From: a bacterium
GTDB taxonomy: Bacteria; SAR324; NAC60-12
Direction of reading: 5' to 3'
NCBI GenBank assembly: GCA_965209155.1
Contig: OZ242383.1
Location: 2,944,001 to 3,008,000 of the forward strand
DNA length: 64,000 nucleotides
The position numbers and the translations under genes were made by a program. Positions 60,373 through 64,000 of the stretch are shown here, piece after piece (the first letter of the stretch is position 1; every line of letters begins with the position of its first letter). The notes under the pieces are model-generated. The model searched no databases. It was given only the letters and a program-made list of their open reading frames with translations, and was not told the DNA's origin.

Positions 60373-61938
60373 ATGCGATCCTGTTTACTTTTATGGGTAG
60401 CCTGGACAACCTGGATCGTCACTGTTTATGCTTTTGAACATGAGCATTCTCCCGTTCAGTTTTTGGAATACAACCCCAGCGTCATTGAAAATCACAAATC
60501 CCGGAATAAACCGTTTTATCTGCTATTTTCAGCGCAATGGTGTCATTGGTGTAAAATTTTTGCCAGCAAGACATTGGTGGATCCTGAAGTGTACACCTTT
60601 CTCAATGAAAATTTTGTAAGCATCTTCATCGATGCCGACATCCACCCAACCGTCTTTCAAAAATTCAAAGCCACAGGCTGGCCCTATACGGTTTTTTTGA
60701 ATCCCGATACCAGGGTCCACTACCAATACGCGGGGACTGTTTATCCCCGTGATTTCGTTAAAGTATTGTATGAAGTGAAAAAAAATATCGACGAGAGACG
60801 GGCCATTCCCGGATTTGAATCGATGGCTTATGAATATGATCCACCAAAAGAACTGGCAAAAGACAGAGTTCAGTCATTCCAAGACTTGTTTTTGCAAACG
60901 GTTCGGGAGAATTTTGATCTGAGCGAAGGCGGAATCGGAAGAGAGGCAAAGGCCATTTTCCCCCATACTCTTATCTACCTGTTGGACGAAACTGATGTGG
61001 AAAACCGGGCTGAGGTTTTACAGTCGATTCATTTGACTTTGAAAAAAGCTATCCTTCACATCTATGATCCCATTGAAGGAGGATTTTTTCGTTATGCGGA
61101 GAAACGGAAGTGGCAAATCCCACATTATGAAAAAATGGCTGATTTGAATGCGGGCAACATATTGCTCCTCTACAGAATGGCTCGTGAAACCAACGATGCG
61201 GAATTGAAGGAAGTCGCAGACCAGACTTTGCAATATTTAACCACAACGCTCTTTGATTTCCAGACCGGTATCTTTTTGAGCTTCCAGGAAGCCGATACAG
61301 AGTACTATTACTTTGATGCCAGGCAACGAAAAACCATCAAACCTCCCCTGGTCATTCAAAAAGCCTTTATCAACCGTGTGGCTCCTGCACTCGACTACCT
61401 GATCGACGTTCTGGAATATACGGGTGAGTTTGCTCTAGAGCAAAAAATTAAACAATCCCTGAATTTTCTCGCATCGATGATCTGGCAAAAAGAACAAATT
61501 CCCCATTATTATTCGGTCTCCGAGAATCAATGGAAGGGTGAAAGTCGCCTTCCGAATTTTGCTCACCTGGCGTATCTATTTCAGAAAGCGGCCACTCGTT
61601 TTGACAATCCTTATTATGAAGAAACGGCTTTGAAAGTTTTAGAATTGACTAAGAAACGATTTTTTAACCGGGATCTGCGGATTTTTACTGATAATTATTC
61701 CCAGGATTGGAACGATATTGAATATCATATGGAATTGAATGGTATTCTGGCTCAAATACTGCTACAAACCCAAACGGTCAGTCACAGGCGAGCTGCCGTA
61801 GGGATGCTGAGATATTTTCTTGCCATGGATGAATATCTCGAAGAGCAAGCCTGGGATGCTCGTGACTGGGAATTTTTAGAACGCTATGTTCCATATCTGA
61901 AAGCACTCGATTTGTATGATGAAAAAGTGGTAAATTGA
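60373..61938 (+). CDS. DUF255/YyaL-like thioredoxin-domain protein
   Basis: WCHWC, GWPYTVFL, GGFFRY, PHYEKM. Confidence 0.85.
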   Translation: MRSCLLLWVAWTTWIVTVYAFEHEHSPVQFLEYNPSVIENHKSRNKPFYLLFSAQWCHWCKIFASKTLVDPEVYTFLNENFVSIFIDADIHPTVFQKFKATGWPYTVFLNPDTRVHYQYAGTVYPRDFVKVLYEVKKNIDERRAIPGFESMAYEYDPPKELAKDRVQSFQDLFLQTVRENFDLSEGGIGREAKAIFPHTLIYLLDETDVENRAEVLQSIHLTLKKAILHIYDPIEGGFFRYAEKRKWQIPHYEKMADLNAGNILLLYRMARETNDAELKEVADQTLQYLTTTLFDFQTGIFLSFQEADTEYYYFDARQRKTIKPPLVIQKAFINRVAPALDYLIDVLEYTGEFALEQKIKQSLNFLASMIWQKEQIPHYYSVSENQWKGESRLPNFAHLAYLFQKAATRFDNPYYEETALKVLELTKKRFFNRDLRIFTDNYSQDWNDIEYHMELNGILAQILLQTQTVSHRRAAVGMLRYFLAMDEYLEEQAWDARDWEFLERYVPYLKALDLYDEKVVN

Positions 61939-62231
61939 AGATTGCAAGGATTCCATTTCCCGGGTTGAAATTTTTTCAAAATGCGAGATTGCAATAAGTA
62001 AAAAATATTTTGACATTTCGGTTTTCATTCAATAAAGTGTTAGATCGAAAACCTTATCAGATCCGCATTCATCTGCGATTAAAGGTTTCAGTCGTAAGGA
62101 TTTGATGACTGACTGCGTATTTTTGTCCTGCATTTGATTTTTCAACTTCGATGCGCATCGAGGCGGGCTATAAATTTCGTGGCAATCTGTAAAAATCTTC
62201 ATTTTACGAGACATCATTTGAGGAGATATGA

Positions 62232-63086
62232 ATGAAATATGTAGCACCACAATCAGTCGAGGAAGCGCTTGCTCTTCTTGGCAATGAACCCGATTATTAT
62301 GTGTTCGCCGGAGCAACAGATATCGTTCCCCAGATGCGGGCGGGACGACCCGACCCGAAACTGATGGTAGACTTGAAAAGCATTCCGGGATTAATTGGTA
62401 TGGAATGCGAAAATGGTACATGGACTATAGGGGCCGCCACCCCGGTAGCCTTGATCCATGAAAACGCGAACTTTCGGGCGGATTTCCCTGGAATCGCAGA
62501 AGCGAGTGGACTGATTGGTTCCGACCAGATCCAAAACAGGGCCAGTTGGGGAGGTAATGTCTGCAATGCTTCTCCCGGAGCTGATACCGTCCCGGCATTG
62601 ATCGTCAACGACGCTCAAGCCGTGATTGCAACCAACGGTGGTACTCGTACGATTCCGGTGTCCGAGGTTGCAACAGGGCCGGGACAGACATCACTGGCTC
62701 CTGGTGAGTTTGTCATTGAATTTAAAATCGATCGTCCGTCTTCACGTACCTCTGATGCCTATGAGCGGTTCATTCCTCGCACGGAAATGGACATTGCAGT
62801 TGTAGATGCGGCAGCGAGGATTACGCTGGACGAGAACGATCATTGCAAAGAGGCGACCATTGCTGTCGGTGCGGCAGCCCCAACCGTAGTGCGGGTCCCG
62901 GCAGCAGAAGATGCGTTGAGAGCCCAGCCGATCAATAGTCAGACCCTGGCGGCCGTCAATGCCGCCGCTAGTGCCGCAACCAGTCCAATCAACGATAAAA
63001 GAGGTACCATCGCATATCGCACTCAGGTTGCCGGAGTGCTGGCGAAACGGGTAGTCAAATTAGCAGCTGAACGTGCAAGCAAATGA
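62232..63086 (+). CDS. Xanthine dehydrogenase/CoxM-family FAD subunit
   Basis: AGATD, IGSDQIQNRASWGGNVCNASP, PINDKRGT..YR. Confidence 0.93.
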   Translation: MKYVAPQSVEEALALLGNEPDYYVFAGATDIVPQMRAGRPDPKLMVDLKSIPGLIGMECENGTWTIGAATPVALIHENANFRADFPGIAEASGLIGSDQIQNRASWGGNVCNASPGADTVPALIVNDAQAVIATNGGTRTIPVSEVATGPGQTSLAPGEFVIEFKIDRPSSRTSDAYERFIPRTEMDIAVVDAAARITLDENDHCKEATIAVGAAAPTVVRVPAAEDALRAQPINSQTLAAVNAAASAATSPINDKRGTIAYRTQVAGVLAKRVVKLAAERASK

Positions 63087-63096
63087 GGAGAATAGT

Positions 63097-63573
63097 ATGA
63101 GTCGAACACATGTAGTATGTAATATAAATAACGACGAGGTCGAATTTCTTTGTGATGATGATGAATCATTACTCGATGCGTTACGCGATGAAGTCGGACT
63201 GACCGGAGCAAAAGAGGGATGCGGTACCGGAGATTGTGGTGCCTGTTCCATTATGCTCAATGGACGCTTGATTTGTTCATGCCTGGCATTTGCTCCCGAA
63301 GCAAATGGGGCGACCATTGAAACGGTTGAAGGCATGGCCGATGGAGATACGCTCCATCCCCTGCAAACCGCTTTTCTCGAAGGTGCCGCTTTACAATGTG
63401 GCGTTTGCACCCCGGGATTCCTGGTTGCTGCCAAAGCATTGCTCGATCGCAATCCCGATCCGACAGAAACCGAAGTTCGTTATGCCCTGGCTGGTAATCT
63501 TTGCCGTTGTACCGGATATGACAAAATCGTGCGCTCGGTACTCGACGCCGCCGTACAAATGAAAAACGTTTAA
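63097..63573 (+). CDS. CoxS-family [2Fe-2S] subunit
   Basis: GCGTGDCGAC, QCGVCTPG, GNLCRCTGY; ATG 63097 after GAGGAG. Confidence 0.95.
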   Translation: MSRTHVVCNINNDEVEFLCDDDESLLDALRDEVGLTGAKEGCGTGDCGACSIMLNGRLICSCLAFAPEANGATIETVEGMADGDTLHPLQTAFLEGAALQCGVCTPGFLVAAKALLDRNPDPTETEVRYALAGNLCRCTGYDKIVRSVLDAAVQMKNV

Positions 63574-63590
63574 TAGAAAGGGTAAATAAA

Positions 63591-64000
63591 ATGACTATTG
63601 CCAATGAAACTTCTGAAACCAAAACTCCCTATAAGTGGATAGGTACCCGACCTGTGAGACACGATGGGTTAGAGAAAGTGACCGGCCGTGCCCGTTTTGC
63701 TGCGGATTTGATCATGCCCAGGATGATCTATGGCCATGTCTTACGCTCTCCTCATGCCCATGCGCGCATCCTTTCGATCGATACGACGGAAGCGGAAGGC
63801 ATGCCTGGTGTAAGAGCTATCGTCACAGGCAAGGATTTCCCGGATCCCGATCCTTCGGATGTTGTATCACGTAATTTAATGGCACGTGATAAGGTGCGCT
63901 ATGAAGGGCAGGTTGTGGCTGCCGTGGCCGCAAACACTCGTCGTCAGGCAAAAGCTGCCGCGGAGAAGATCGTAGTCGAATATGAGGTAATTCCTCATGC
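63591..64000 (+). CDS. Molybdopterin-binding large subunit (CoxL/Xdh family), partial
   Basis: MTIANE..IGTRPVRHDGLEKVTGRARFAAD..LRSPHAHARI; open to the window end. Confidence 0.92.
   Translation, partial: MTIANETSETKTPYKWIGTRPVRHDGLEKVTGRARFAADLIMPRMIYGHVLRSPHAHARILSIDTTEAEGMPGVRAIVTGKDFPDPDPSDVVSRNLMARDKVRYEGQVVAAVAANTRRQAKAAAEKIVVEYEVIPH

Noticed and set aside
62232..64000. True aerobic CO dehydrogenase
   Set aside because: The diagnostic large-subunit active-site motif lies beyond the window, so only a family-level call is possible.

Overview
Bacterial chromosomal window; gene style suggests a deltaproteobacterial/SAR324-like organism (inference). It has three parts. (1) 1-8 kb: housekeeping genes (TPR proteins, YccA/BI-1, argG, trxB, a pteridine reductase-like SDR). 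(2) ~8-37 kb: an accessory region of two paralogous cassettes. Each has a giant regulator gene, a toxin-antitoxin pair, a conserved enhancer/IHF/sigma54 promoter block, a peptide-type ABC binding protein and catabolic genes. The regulator joins an integrase-type Arm DNA-binding domain, a pseudokinase, a STAND-type ATPase, TPR/helical, GAF, (PAS), sigma54 AAA+ and HTH domains. Cassette 1 is partly decayed, cassette 2 is intact, and scraps of further copies are scattered through the region. (3) 37-64 kb: tldD, rsmH, the Thr-Tyr-Thr-rpmG-Trp-secE-nusG-rplKAJL cluster (no tuf, tRNA-Gly or rpoB), a CBS-fused 2-oxoacid:ferredoxin oxidoreductase, recR, a non-canonical sulfur-carrier cluster and the start of a coxMSL-like operon. 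The sulfur cluster has TauE, YeeE, a His-containing beta-propeller, a SoxY carrying superoxide-reductase-type His4Cys ligands, SoxB, SoxZ, HMA-cytochrome c, SCO and a thioredoxin, but no SoxAX/CD. The best candidates for undescribed biology are the SOR-SoxY/beta-propeller sulfur system and the Arm-domain sigma54 activator with its candidate binding repeats. All calls come from reading the sequence by eye; no searches were run.
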